Shown one piece after another: positions 34,817 through 46,093 of a stretch of DNA of 64,000 nucleotides. The DNA lies in the IMG/VR virus record IMGVR_UViG_3300027747_002221, positions 158,056 to 222,055 of that record. One strand, 5' to 3'. A model generated the notes under the pieces. That model was not told the DNA's origin, searched no databases, and worked only from the letters and a program-made list of their open reading frames with translations. The position numbers and the translations under genes were made by a program. How positions within the stretch are numbered: the stretch's first letter is position 1; every line of letters starts with the position of its first letter.

Positions 34817-36445
34817 TTAGGTCAGTGTTATAGTTCCATTTGTTAGTGTTAAGGGTCCTGTAAGACCAACTGCCCCGCCCGTTTGCGATGCTAATGCATT
34901 AAAGGGGTCGTATAAAAATTTATTTTTCGTACTTAATGATGATCGATTGTTTAGGTAATCGCTTAAATTAACATTCCCGGTATTATATATAACACCAGAA
35001 ATTGACGCTGTATTTGTCGCCCATATTTTTAATTGGTTGGGAGTAACTCCTGGATTCATTTGTAAAAATGTTGCCAACACACCGCATACCTGAGGTGCTG
35101 CTTGAGATGTACCACTTAAAACAACTTGTTTAAAACCACTATCCAAGTTATAACTTACTGCACTAAATCTATTTGTATTACTGCAGCAACTCATTATATT
35201 TGACCCAGGTGCCCATATGTCGATACCATTGCCCGAGGCGCTAAAATCTGCTTTTTGATCTAGGTTTGCGGCACGTACAGTTGAATCTATGCAACCCACC
35301 TTAAAGGCTTGATCATCTATTGGACTACTTCCCCTGTGCCAATAATATGTATCACCTGCAGTAATATAGTTATTATAATCTGCACCCGATGCGACATCTA
35401 TTTTTGTGTAATGATTACCACCCGCAATAATTACATGTACGCCTTCATCTATTAATTCTTGTATGTCTGTATCAACTGAGCCAATTTGTGTAGATGTGGT
35501 ATAGGATATCATATCTGTAGATAGGGCATTAATTACACCTACCGGATATAAACCAAAATACCATTTTTTAATATAACCAGATATTTGCGCACCCGAATAA
35601 CTATTGCCCCGGTAGTTTATTGCTGTTATATTTGAGGTTGTAATTGTAGTAGTATATCCCCAACTCATATTAACAATGGTTGGTCTTTTCTTTCCTGAGG
35701 AAGCCTCTACAGGTTTATTTCTATGCCACAATTTAATTACATCAAAGCAATCTGTAACGGATATACCTGTACCCGAATCTCCTGAACCTTCAAGCCCTGA
35801 TACTTTTATGGAAAAAACATTTGCATTCTTTGCCCAACCAAAAGTTTTACCTGCAACAATACCTGCAACATGAGTTCCGTGACCATCATAATCTCTGTAA
35901 TGGTTCCCGCTTTGAGTACCACCTAATCCGCTAGCAGTATACCAATCTATTTGTTGTACTCGAGAATTGCCTTTGGCATCTGTAAACTCAGGATGTGCCA
36001 CTTCTAATCCGCTATCCTGTATAACAACATCAACTCCTGTACCATCCAGAAAATAATCATAGCCTGGTACAGTAGGTGATAAATTAGCACCGAATACATT
36101 GTTATTGTTACTTACACGAACTAGGCCCCAATTTACATTTGCACCATTGGATGTAATTGGTTTATTAAAACTGCCCGTTTGTCTGGCTCTAATACCAATT
36201 TGGATATCTGTTCTTTGTTCTGGAGGAATCTCTACAGAATAGACTCTATCATCATTCTTTAATGTGTCGGCTTCTTCATCTGTAAGTGAGTAATGGCAGC
36301 TACGCAAACTGCCGTCTCTGTTGTTCACTATATCTACACGCCTATTAGGCACAAAAAGGAGTCCATCTGTCTCGGACTCCATTTGTGACCAAAATAAATT
36401 ATAATCTACGTCACGTTTTAAACTGACGATATATTCTTTTAACAT
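34817..36445 (-). CDS. Subtilisin-like S8 serine protease
   Basis: Catalytic triad VVIQDSG / HGTHVAG / SGTSQAAP; N-terminal propeptide-like region. Confidence 0.9.
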   Translation of the reverse strand: MLKEYIVSLKRDVDYNLFWSQMESETDGLLFVPNRRVDIVNNRDGSLRSCHYSLTDEEADTLKNDDRVYSVEIPPEQRTDIQIGIRARQTGSFNKPITSNGANVNWGLVRVSNNNNVFGANLSPTVPGYDYFLDGTGVDVVIQDSGLEVAHPEFTDAKGNSRVQQIDWYTASGLGGTQSGNHYRDYDGHGTHVAGIVAGKTFGWAKNANVFSIKVSGLEGSGDSGTGISVTDCFDVIKLWHRNKPVEASSGKKRPTIVNMSWGYTTTITTSNITAINYRGNSYSGAQISGYIKKWYFGLYPVGVINALSTDMISYTTSTQIGSVDTDIQELIDEGVHVIIAGGNHYTKIDVASGADYNNYITAGDTYYWHRGSSPIDDQAFKVGCIDSTVRAANLDQKADFSASGNGIDIWAPGSNIMSCCSNTNRFSAVSYNLDSGFKQVVLSGTSQAAPQVCGVLATFLQMNPGVTPNQLKIWATNTASISGVIYNTGNVNLSDYLNNRSSLSTKNKFLYDPFNALASQTGGAVGLTGPLTLTNGTITLT

Positions 36446-36446
36446 A

Positions 36447-36740
36447 CTAGTGTAGGTTTATCCAACCGCCCGAAGCATAAACTTGTAATTTATTTGTTTG
36501 TGAATTGAAGATAATTGTGCCATTGGACACAGTAAGTGCATTGGCTTGGGAAGAATTATAACTTGGTGCTATAATAGTATTGGCTGTAATACTACCAGTA
36601 ACTCTAACATTGCCGTTGATATTACCCAGTAAGTCTTGTGCAGTAACTGCCTTACTGGTATTTGATTGGACAACATACATCAAATCTGTAAGATTAATAG
36701 ATGTTGCTCTTTGTAATTCTGATACTTTTAATTTTGACAT
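36447..36740 (-). CDS. Small virion/fibre-associated protein
   Basis: KVSEL..ATS...TDLMYVVQ N-terminus; GTIIFNSQTNKLQVY..GGW C-terminus. Confidence 0.65.
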   Translation of the reverse strand: MSKLKVSELQRATSINLTDLMYVVQSNTSKAVTAQDLLGNINGNVRVTGSITANTIIAPSYNSSQANALTVSNGTIIFNSQTNKLQVYASGGWINLH

Positions 36741-36748
36741 AGTTTATT

Positions 36749-37726
36749 TTAAGCTGTATATGTGCCGGAACTTTGGAAAGTTAATACTGTTTTACCTGGC
36801 GCTGAAGGTGGATTAGATGCTGCAACATTAGAACCTGTAAATGTACCAGAATATGACGGAGTCGGTATGGCTAGTATAGCAACACCCGACCCACCTGCTG
36901 CTCCGGAAATAGTTGGTGACCCGACAATTTGAGATCTTCCCCCTCCGCCTGTTCCTGTATATATTGTGCCGGCAACCGCAGCAAGGTCTTTATTCCCGCC
37001 GGTGCCCCCAGAAACACTCACATTACCCCCGGCCGCAGTAGGAGGCGTGAGGGCGGGGTTAAAAGCAGTGTCAGTTCCGCCACCGCCACCGCAGCTATAT
37101 ATGATGCCGGTGCTTTGAACAAAGCTCCAAGAAGATCCATTACCTCCAGCGCCTCCACGGCCGCCTGGGGCTACTTTGTCCCCACCAGCGGTGGCGGCAC
37201 CACCGCCACCACCACCACCAAGGTATGACAAGCCACCGGGATTGCCTTGTCCAATTATAGCGTTGCCCCGTGTACCGACATTGGCTGTACCTGTACATGT
37301 ACCACCACCCGACCCACCTATATTTCCATCAAAAGTGTCGTTATTAGTTGGTGGGGCGGCACCACCGCCACTACCACCACCGTATGCAACAGTGGCTGTA
37401 AAAGTTGAGTTGCTAAGTGTTGTATTAGAACCGTTGGCTGCTCTTGCTAACCCCACGCCGGCTGGGCCACCCGCACCAACGGTAATCGTATATACTGAGT
37501 AACCGGTCAGGTTGGCGGACCCCTGGACAAAGCCACCAGCACCACCTCCGCTGCCGCAATAGCCGCCTGGTATTGTGCCACCGCCACCGCCACCGCCACC
37601 CACTAGTAAAAAATCCACCGCATAGGATGGTCTGGGATCGATCCCAGATATAATTGCAGGTATATTAGCTTGGGCGTTTAATCTAGATACTGACCCTTTT
37701 CTAGTAGAACCCAACTTAAATCCCAT
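36749..37726 (-). CDS. Glycine-rich (polyglycine II-type) domain protein
   Basis: VDFLLVGGGGGGG ... GGSGVAILAIP ... FQSSGTYTA; basic N-terminus. Confidence 0.8.
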   Translation of the reverse strand: MGFKLGSTRKGSVSRLNAQANIPAIISGIDPRPSYAVDFLLVGGGGGGGGTIPGGYCGSGGGAGGFVQGSANLTGYSVYTITVGAGGPAGVGLARAANGSNTTLSNSTFTATVAYGGGSGGGAAPPTNNDTFDGNIGGSGGGTCTGTANVGTRGNAIIGQGNPGGLSYLGGGGGGGAATAGGDKVAPGGRGGAGGNGSSWSFVQSTGIIYSCGGGGGTDTAFNPALTPPTAAGGNVSVSGGTGGNKDLAAVAGTIYTGTGGGGRSQIVGSPTISGAAGGSGVAILAIPTPSYSGTFTGSNVAASNPPSAPGKTVLTFQSSGTYTA

Positions 37727-38055
37727 TAGGTAATCTCCGTACCAAATACTGCAAAACTTACGTTGCCTTGAAATGAATACCCTGTAATAACATCAGTATT
37801 ACCTAAAGACATACCTAGCGATAGTGCAATAGTATCTTGTGCAGGAATAGGTGAATCAAATACAATGTAATGTTTAGATGTGCCCGTTACACCTGCTGGT
37901 CTAATAGCTATTCTAAATGTAACATTTGATTGCGATTGATTACATACATTTAGAGTAGAGATAATTGCGCTCGCACCTGCGGGAACAGTATACAAATCCA
38001 CGTTTGCATTTGCCCCCGACATTGCCTGCCCTAAAACTTTATATGAATACGCCAT
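37726..38055 (-). CDS. Conserved 109 aa virion protein (YKVLGQ...LYTVP family)
   Basis: Paralogue of 13241..13573. Confidence 0.8.
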   Translation of the reverse strand: MAYSYKVLGQAMSGANANVDLYTVPAGASAIISTLNVCNQSQSNVTFRIAIRPAGVTGTSKHYIVFDSPIPAQDTIALSLGMSLGNTDVITGYSFQGNVSFAVFGTEIT

Positions 38056-38065
38056 TTAATTTTCC

Positions 38066-41000
38066 TTATAATAGAGATAACAGAAACGGATGTATCTGTT
38101 CCTGCACAATTGCGTTAATTTGTCCATTGGCCGAAATTGTTAAATTTTGTCCAACAGTTATATTACTATTTATTTGTCCGTTAGGCAGAACTTCAGTATT
38201 TTTTCCACCAAGATATGTTCCTGTGCCATTTAATGTTGGTAGCTCTCTTATTTCTACAGTTACACCTGTTCTTGGAGGAGTTGTAAATCTTAATAATCCG
38301 TTGTTTACGGAGTAATCTATTCCTGGAACTTGGGCTACGCCGTTTTCAAATACTAAAATACTCGAATCTGTAAAATTATTACTAATAAGTGTAGTATTTG
38401 CTACGCTATTACCGTAAAATAATCTACTGTTAAAATCTTTAGCTAAAACTTGAGCTACATCTAATATTCTAACATCTATATCCGCATTTGTTGCAGGGGC
38501 ACCACTTAAAGTAATTACATTGCCGCTTAGAGTATATGCATTAGATAATTGTGTAACACCATTAATAATAACAGTTACATAGTTATTATTTACAGGAGTA
38601 ACAGGAAGATTCAAAGTTATTACTTGAGCATTACCCCTAAATGTAGCAATGTATGGTTTAAATACTGCCCCAGGAGCCATTGCTGCATATACTCTGGCAT
38701 TTGAGAAGTATAGGTTTGCACCACCTTCAGCTAAATTAGCAGTTGTAAGTCCAGCTAATGATACTGTACCTGCTGAAGTATTGGATCTAATCTGACCATT
38801 TGCCGCAATTACGATAGTTGCATCTGTAGATAACGCAGATATTACTCTTGAATTAGTATAGTAAAGATTAGATCCTTCAGCAACATTTGATGTTGTTAAG
38901 TATGGTGTTAATACAGATACAACACGAGCATTAGTATAATATAAATTAGATGCAGATTCAATTACGTTTGCTGTATACAATCCTAACCAGCTATTGGCTT
39001 GAATATTATTAGCAGATATCAAATTGGCGCCGGTCATAGAACCGCCGGTGCCTGAACCAAAGAATGCGGTGTTTGCTACTACACTACCTATAGTGGCATT
39101 GCCAATAACAATATTACCTGTTAAAGCTGATAATACTCTTGTATTAGTATAGTAAAGGTTTGAGCCTTCTGTTAAATTAGCAGTTGTAAAATTACTAATA
39201 CTTAAAACAGTATTTGCCACATTGGATGTTGATGCAAATCCCGATGTTGCGGATGCTGTTGCATTAATTTGTCCGTTGGCTTGAATCTGTATACCTGATC
39301 CTGCCAATGTTGGCAATAATGCAATTACATTAGCAAATACTCTAGCGTTGGTAAAATATAAATTACCTGTCGTTTCTATTACATTGGCTGTATAAAGCCC
39401 CAACCAACTATTAGCTTGTATATTTGTGGCAGATATCAAATTGGCGCCGGTCATAGAACCGCCGGTGCCTGAACCAAAGAATGCCGTATTTGCTACAATA
39501 TTATTAGCAGATATCAAATTGGCGCCTGTTACAGAACCACCGACCCCTGAACCAAAGAATGCCGTATTTGCTACTACACTACCTATAGTGGCATTGCCTA
39601 TGGTAATATTACCTGTTAATGCTGATAGAACACGAGTATTAGTATAATAAAGATTAGAACCTTCTGCTAAATTAGCAGTAGTAAAATTACTTAAAGTTAA
39701 AACAGTATTTGCCACATTGGATGTTGATGCAAATCCCGATGTTGCTGATGCTGTTGCATTAATTTGACCATTAGCCTGAATCTGTATACCAGAGCCAGCT
39801 AAGCTAGGTAATAATGCAATTACATTTGAGTATACTCTAGCATTGGTAAAATATAGGTTTGTATTTTCAATTACGTTAGATGTATACAATCCTAACCAAC
39901 TATTAGCTTGTATATTTGTGGCAGATATTAAATTTGCACCTGTTACAGAACCGCCGGTGCCAGAACCAAAGGATGCTGTATTTGCTATTACATTACCTGT
40001 GGTAACATTAACTGCAGTAATATTATTAGTTTGAATATTATTTGCGGATATTAAGTTTGCCCCAGCTATTATTCCGCCTGTGCCTGTTCCAAATAGTAAT
40101 GTGCCTGTTGCTATTACATTGCCCGCTGTAACATTTCCTGAGGTAACATAGCTATTGGATACAGAAGTGCCTGTAACTAAATTACCTACTACAAGATTAC
40201 CTGTTAATGCAGATAATACTCTGGCGTTAGTGTAGTAAAGATTCGAACCCTCAGAAACATTGGATGTTGTTAAGAATGGTGCAAGTGTTGCTAGAGATAA
40301 TGATTGGGCGTTTGCGTTAATTTGTCCGTTGGCTTGAATCTGTATACCTGATCCTGCCAATGTTGGCAATAATGCGATTACATTGGAATAAACTCTAGCA
40401 TTGGTAAAATAAAGGTTTATATTTTCGATTACATTAGATGTATACAATCCTAACCAACTATTAGCTTGTATATTATTTGCGGATATTAAGTTTGCACCTG
40501 TTACAGAACCGCCGGTGCCTGAACCAAAGAATGCAATGCCAGTTGCTATTACATTACCTGCGGTTACATTACCTGTGGTAACATAACTATTAGATACAGA
40601 AGTGCCTGTAACTAGATTACCAATAGTAACATTACCTGTTAACGCTGATATAACACGCGCATTTGTATAATAAAGGTTCGATCCTTCAGATACATTTGAT
40701 GTTGTTAAGAATGGTGCAAGAGTTGCCAGGGATATTGATTGAGCGCTTGCATTAATTTGACCATTGGCTTGAATCTGTATACCTGATCCAGCTAATGAGG
40801 GTAATAGTGCGATTACATTTGAATAAACTCTTGCATTTGTAAAATATAAATTACCTGCTGTTTCTATTACGTTTGCTGTATATAAACCTAACCAAGTAAT
40901 ACCTTGTATATTATTTGCGGATAACAAATTAGCGCCAACTATAGAACCGCCGGCACCTGAACCAAAGACTGCCCCAGTTGCTATCACATTACCTATAGTG

Positions 41001-44000
41001 GCGTTGCCTATAGCAACGTTGCCCGCCAATGCAGCTATAACATTTGAATAAACTCTTGCATTTGTAAAATATAAATTACCTGCTGTTTCTATTACGTTTG
41101 CTGTATATAAACCTAACCAAGTAATACCTTGTATATTATTTGCGGATATTAAGTTTGCCCCTGCTATTACTCCGCCGGCACCTGAACCAAATAATAGTGT
41201 GCCTGTTGCTATTACATTGCCTGCGGTTACATTACCTGCAGTAACATAGCTATTGGATACAGAAGTGCCTGTAACCAGATTACCAATAGTAACATTACCT
41301 GTTAACGCCGACAATACTCTAGCGTTTGTATAGTAAAGATTGGATCCCTCTGATACATTTGAGGTACTTGTTATCGAAACACCAGAAGCAGTGGCATTGA
41401 TTTGACCATTAGCCTGAATCTGTATACCTGATCCAGCTAATGAGGGTAATAGTGCAATTACATTGGAATAAACTCTAGCGTTGGTAAAATAAAGGTTTGT
41501 ATTTTCAATTACATTTGCTGAATACAGGCCTAACCAATTAATACTCTGTATATTATTTGCGGATATTAAGTTTGCACCTGTTACAGAACCGCCGGTGCCT
41601 GCACCAAAGACTGCAATACCGGTTGCTATTACATTGCCTGCTGTAACATTTCCTGAGGTAACATAACTATTAGATACAGATGTGCCTGTAACTAAATTAC
41701 CTACTACAAGATTGCCTGATAGTGCTGATAAAACACGAGCATTAGTATAATAAAGATTAGACCCCTCTGATACATTAGATGTGGTTAAGAATGGTGCAAG
41801 TGTTGCTAGAGATAATGATTGGGCATTTGCATTAATTTGACCATTGGCTTGAATCTGTATACCTGATCCAGCTAATGAGGGTAATAGTGCGATTACATTT
41901 GAATATACTCTAGCGTTTGTGAAGTATTGATTAATCCCTTCAATTACATTAGATGTATACAACCCTAACCAATTAATACCTTGTATATTATTAGCAGATA
42001 TCAAATTAGCGCCAACTATAGAACCGCCGCCACCTGAACCAAATAATACTGTACCGGTTGCTATTATATTACCAGCTGTAACATTTCCGGCGGTAACATA
42101 ACTATTGGATACAGAAGTGCCTGTAACCAGATTGCCTATGGTAACATTGCCGGTCAATGCTGACAATACCCTAGCGTTTGTATAGTAAAGATTAGAACCC
42201 TCAGATACATTTGAGGTACTTGTTATCGAAGCACCAGAAGCAGTGGCATTGATTTGACCATTGGCTTGAATCTGTATGCCTGATCCTGCCAATGTTGGCA
42301 ATAATGCGATTACATTTGAATATACTCTAGCGTTTGTGAAGTATTGATTAATCCCTTCAATTACGTTAGACGTGTATAAACCTATCCAATTAATACCTTG
42401 TATATTATTTGCGGATAATAAATTGGCGCCTGTTATGGAATTACCTGTAGCAGACCCGAATACTATATTAGTAGCTGATATTAAGTTTAGACCCGTTAAA
42501 GATCCACCTGATGCAGATCCTATTATTAACGTATTTGCTATTACAACATTGCCTGCAGTAACATTACCTGCGGTAACATAACTATTAGATACTGAAGTAC
42601 CGGTAACAAGATTACCAATGGCAACATTGCCTGTTAAAGCTGATAATACTCTAGCATTGGTATAATATAGATTGGAATTGGATTCTGCAACATTGGCAGT
42701 TGTAAGGAATTGAGATACCGCTCCAATAGATATAGTTTGTGTATTAGCATTAATCTGACCATTGGCGGCAATGGTAATATTTTGACCAGCTAAGCTAGGT
42801 AAGAATGCAATAACATTACTATTAACACGCACATTAGTATAGTATAAATTAATACCTTCAGCTAAATTAGCAGTTGTAAAGTTACTTAAAGTACCTACGG
42901 TACCTGTTACATTGCCAAAGAATGTTGTTGCTGCAATGTTAGCTAATCTAAATGAGGCGTGTGCTGTATCAATAAAGATATTAGCATCAGGTTCTGGAGA
43001 ATAATTATCAAATACTTTGAATGTACCGTTATCGGATGCGTCTCTGAAGAAACCACCATGTCGATATACACCATCATTATAATTAAATGCAAAACCAATA
43101 TCAGGATTCGAAACAGTAGAATTCGAATTCAAGTAAATCATATTATCCGAAACGGATATATTATTTGCACCGTATGTAGTTACACCACCATATACTGTTA
43201 AGTTGTTTGTAATACTAACATTCTGGAATGTTACGTCAGCAGTTGCTGCTACATTTTGTCCAATTGATATTGCACCTGTAACAGAATTATAACTTACACC
43301 AGTTCCGCTGCTTAAAGTAGATCTTACTCTAGAATTGGTATAGTAAAGATTATTTAATTCTGTTACATTGGCAGTTGTTAGGTATGGTTGTACGAAAGAA
43401 TTTACTCTTGTATTTGTATAATATAATGCGCTACTTGATTCTATTACATTGGCTGTATAAAGTCCTATCCAAGAATTACCTTGGATGAATGTTGCAGATA
43501 ATAAATTGGCACCAGTAAAGGAACCACCAGTGCCTGCACCAAATGTAGTACTACCCGATACACTAATATTGCCTACAGTTGCATTACCGATAGCAATATT
43601 ACCTGCCAACAACGCTGTAACGTTAGAGTAAACGCGATTATTAGTGTAATATAGATTGGAACCTTCGGCAACATTTGAAGTAGTTAAATACGGTGCTAAT
43701 ACTGATATAACACGAGCATTTGTATAATATAAATTTTGATTGCCTTCAGCTACATTATTTGTAGTTATATTGGCAATAGTTGCATTAAGATTTGCAAATT
43801 CAAGACTTACGTTTGCACTAATTCTACCATTGGCTTCAATTATAATACTTTGCCCGGCAGTAAATGCGGATCTTACTCTTGAATTAGTATAATATAAATT
43901 GGCATTTGATTCTGCTAAATTTGCAGTTGTAAAGTTACTTAAAGATAATACAGAATTAGCTACATTTGACCTATCTGAAGTATTGGCATGGTCTGCTTGA

Positions 44001-45748
44001 TATGCAAACAATGCGGTGTTTGCAGCTGTTCCGGAATCTATAGTACCAGATACAAATTTTGTACCATTCCAAATTAATATACCGTTGGTTGTAATGCCTG
44101 TTATATCTACATCTGCAAATACATTAACACTTTGCTGCTCTAAATTAGCAGTAACTCTCGCATTAGTAAAGTAAAGATTTGAACTTGATTCTAATACGTT
44201 GGCAGTAGTTAGATATGATGTAAGAGCAGATATTACTCTTGCATTAGTAAAGTATAGATTAGTACCTTCTATTAAATTGGATGTAGTAAAATTAGATAAT
44301 GAACTTACTGTACCTGTTATATTACCTACGAATGATCTGGTAACTACAAGATTACCTGTAGTAATATTTGAGGCCGTAAGAGTAACTAAGCTTAAACCTG
44401 TCTGATTATTTCCTGATAATTTTTGTCCACCTACATATAATGACTCTGCACTTAGGTAAAAGTCTTTCCATTGTTTATCTGCAGAACCAAAATTAAATCT
44501 GGTGTCTTCGGAAGGAATAATATTACCGGCAATAATTATATTGCCAGATGAGGAAATTAATTTACCTGTTTGAATATTGTCTGAAGATACTAAATTGGCG
44601 CCTGTCAAAGAACCACCCGCACCAGCACCAAATGTAGTACTACCCGATACACTAATATTGCCCACACTTGCATTACCTAGTAAGATATTACCTGCAAGTG
44701 TAGTTATAACATTAGAATAAACGCGAGCATTAGTATAATATAGATTGGAACCTTCAGCAACATTTGAAGTAGTTAGATAAGGCAAAACTACGGATATTAC
44801 TCGGGCATTTGTATAATATAATGCGCTACTTGATTCTATTACATTGGCTGTATAAAGTCCCAACCAAGAATTGCCCCGAATAAAGGCACCAGATAATAAA
44901 TTAGCTCCTGTTATAGAACCACCAAAACCAGAACCAAATAAAGCACTATCTGCTATTACATTGCCAGCGGTAACATTGCCTGAGGTAACATAACTATTAG
45001 ATATAGAAGTGCCTGTAACTAGATTACCTATTGTAACATTACCTGTTAAAGCCGTCAATACTCTTGCATTAGTATAGTATAAATTACTACCTTCAGCAAC
45101 ATTTGAAGTAGTTAGATAAGGTAATACTACGGATATTACGCGAGCATTAGTATAATATAAATTATTTAATTCTGTTACGTTAGCTGTCGTTAAATCTGTT
45201 ACATTAGCCTTTGCTGCTAAATTACCCTGAATAGCAGCGTAAACTCTCGCATTAGTATAATATAAATTAGAACTTGATTCTAATATATTAGCAGTAGTCA
45301 AATAAGGAGTAACTGCAGATATAACGCGAGCGTTGGTGTAGTATAAATTAGAACTTGATTCTAATATATTAGCAGTAGTCAAATAAGGAGTTACTGCAGA
45401 TATAACGCGAGCGTTGGTGTAGTATAAATTGATACCTTCAACCAAATTAGCAGTTGTAAAATTGTTTAAGGTTAAAACAGTATTAGCAATGTTTGCGGTT
45501 AAGGCAACATTTGCTATTAAGGCAACATTTGCTATTCCGGAAGTATTTGCAAAGTATGGTACACTGGATCCTGATGCAGGATCTACCCAAATTCTATTAC
45601 CATTAATATCGGATGAAAGTACGTATCCAGAAACGGCAGGCAGACCTAAGTCTGGTTCTGTTTCTGATAATCCAATAAATTGGTATCGGTCAGCGCTTAC
45701 ATTTGCGCTAGTAACTTTTGCAATTCTGCCCGAGATTAGTTTAGTCAT
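38066..45748 (-). CDS. Giant repetitive fibre-like protein (2560 aa)
   Basis: About 34 NLY(Y/F)TNARV repeats by manual count; C-terminus IHPFLLSLL. Confidence 0.8.
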   Translation of the reverse strand: MTKLISGRIAKVTSANVSADRYQFIGLSETEPDLGLPAVSGYVLSSDINGNRIWVDPASGSSVPYFANTSGIANVALIANVALTANIANTVLTLNNFTTANLVEGINLYYTNARVISAVTPYLTTANILESSSNLYYTNARVISAVTPYLTTANILESSSNLYYTNARVYAAIQGNLAAKANVTDLTTANVTELNNLYYTNARVISVVLPYLTTSNVAEGSNLYYTNARVLTALTGNVTIGNLVTGTSISNSYVTSGNVTAGNVIADSALFGSGFGGSITGANLLSGAFIRGNSWLGLYTANVIESSSALYYTNARVISVVLPYLTTSNVAEGSNLYYTNARVYSNVITTLAGNILLGNASVGNISVSGSTTFGAGAGGSLTGANLVSSDNIQTGKLISSSGNIIIAGNIIPSEDTRFNFGSADKQWKDFYLSAESLYVGGQKLSGNNQTGLSLVTLTASNITTGNLVVTRSFVGNITGTVSSLSNFTTSNLIEGTNLYFTNARVISALTSYLTTANVLESSSNLYFTNARVTANLEQQSVNVFADVDITGITTNGILIWNGTKFVSGTIDSGTAANTALFAYQADHANTSDRSNVANSVLSLSNFTTANLAESNANLYYTNSRVRSAFTAGQSIIIEANGRISANVSLEFANLNATIANITTNNVAEGNQNLYYTNARVISVLAPYLTTSNVAEGSNLYYTNNRVYSNVTALLAGNIAIGNATVGNISVSGSTTFGAGTGGSFTGANLLSATFIQGNSWIGLYTANVIESSSALYYTNTRVNSFVQPYLTTANVTELNNLYYTNSRVRSTLSSGTGVSYNSVTGAISIGQNVAATADVTFQNVSITNNLTVYGGVTTYGANNISVSDNMIYLNSNSTVSNPDIGFAFNYNDGVYRHGGFFRDASDNGTFKVFDNYSPEPDANIFIDTAHASFRLANIAATTFFGNVTGTVGTLSNFTTANLAEGINLYYTNVRVNSNVIAFLPSLAGQNITIAANGQINANTQTISIGAVSQFLTTANVAESNSNLYYTNARVLSALTGNVAIGNLVTGTSVSNSYVTAGNVTAGNVVIANTLIIGSASGGSLTGLNLISATNIVFGSATGNSITGANLLSANNIQGINWIGLYTSNVIEGINQYFTNARVYSNVIALLPTLAGSGIQIQANGQINATASGASITSTSNVSEGSNLYYTNARVLSALTGNVTIGNLVTGTSVSNSYVTAGNVTAGNIIATGTVLFGSGGGGSIVGANLISANNIQGINWLGLYTSNVIEGINQYFTNARVYSNVIALLPSLAGSGIQIQANGQINANAQSLSLATLAPFLTTSNVSEGSNLYYTNARVLSALSGNLVVGNLVTGTSVSNSYVTSGNVTAGNVIATGIAVFGAGTGGSVTGANLISANNIQSINWLGLYSANVIENTNLYFTNARVYSNVIALLPSLAGSGIQIQANGQINATASGVSITSTSNVSEGSNLYYTNARVLSALTGNVTIGNLVTGTSVSNSYVTAGNVTAGNVIATGTLLFGSGAGGVIAGANLISANNIQGITWLGLYTANVIETAGNLYFTNARVYSNVIAALAGNVAIGNATIGNVIATGAVFGSGAGGSIVGANLLSANNIQGITWLGLYTANVIETAGNLYFTNARVYSNVIALLPSLAGSGIQIQANGQINASAQSISLATLAPFLTTSNVSEGSNLYYTNARVISALTGNVTIGNLVTGTSVSNSYVTTGNVTAGNVIATGIAFFGSGTGGSVTGANLISANNIQANSWLGLYTSNVIENINLYFTNARVYSNVIALLPTLAGSGIQIQANGQINANAQSLSLATLAPFLTTSNVSEGSNLYYTNARVLSALTGNLVVGNLVTGTSVSNSYVTSGNVTAGNVIATGTLLFGTGTGGIIAGANLISANNIQTNNITAVNVTTGNVIANTASFGSGTGGSVTGANLISATNIQANSWLGLYTSNVIENTNLYFTNARVYSNVIALLPSLAGSGIQIQANGQINATASATSGFASTSNVANTVLTLSNFTTANLAEGSNLYYTNTRVLSALTGNITIGNATIGSVVANTAFFGSGVGGSVTGANLISANNIVANTAFFGSGTGGSMTGANLISATNIQANSWLGLYTANVIETTGNLYFTNARVFANVIALLPTLAGSGIQIQANGQINATASATSGFASTSNVANTVLSISNFTTANLTEGSNLYYTNTRVLSALTGNIVIGNATIGSVVANTAFFGSGTGGSMTGANLISANNIQANSWLGLYTANVIESASNLYYTNARVVSVLTPYLTTSNVAEGSNLYYTNSRVISALSTDATIVIAANGQIRSNTSAGTVSLAGLTTANLAEGGANLYFSNARVYAAMAPGAVFKPYIATFRGNAQVITLNLPVTPVNNNYVTVIINGVTQLSNAYTLSGNVITLSGAPATNADIDVRILDVAQVLAKDFNSRLFYGNSVANTTLISNNFTDSSILVFENGVAQVPGIDYSVNNGLLRFTTPPRTGVTVEIRELPTLNGTGTYLGGKNTEVLPNGQINSNITVGQNLTISANGQINAIVQEQIHPFLLSLL
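45262..45423. repeat. 81 bp in-frame tandem duplication
   Basis: Two copies, one mismatch, each encoding ISAVTPYLTTANILESSSNLYYTNARV. Confidence 0.85.
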
Positions 45749-46091
45749 TTGCTGATTCTAGTACGCTCATTAATAATTGAACTGAGTTGTTTGCACTTGC
45801 TGATGAATATACTTTTTGTCCTGTTTCGAGAACTAATTTTGCGCCAGCACTAATGACCGCCATAGCATCACCCGAAGGAATTTTAAAATTCTTTGCAAGA
45901 GCGGTTAGAGTATTACCCGCGGCAGAGTTGGCGCCGTGATAGAAATTAACCGTAACAACGTTGGCTGAGATATTAGTTGCTTGAACCGATAAGAATATGG
46001 CAGTTTTTCTTAATGGTGCCTGATATAAAAGTCTATCGGCTGTCGTTAAATCTGCTGTTACTGTTTTGAATGTGTTTAATGCTGTTGCCAT
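45741..46091 (-). CDS. Conserved 116 aa virion protein
   Basis: LNTFKTVT...LYQAP..KTAI.LSVQATN ... KLVLETG; size and pattern resemble the YKVLGQ family. Confidence 0.7.
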   Translation of the reverse strand: MATALNTFKTVTADLTTADRLLYQAPLRKTAIFLSVQATNISANVVTVNFYHGANSAAGNTLTALAKNFKIPSGDAMAVISAGAKLVLETGQKVYSSASANNSVQLLMSVLESAND

Positions 46092-46093
46092 TT

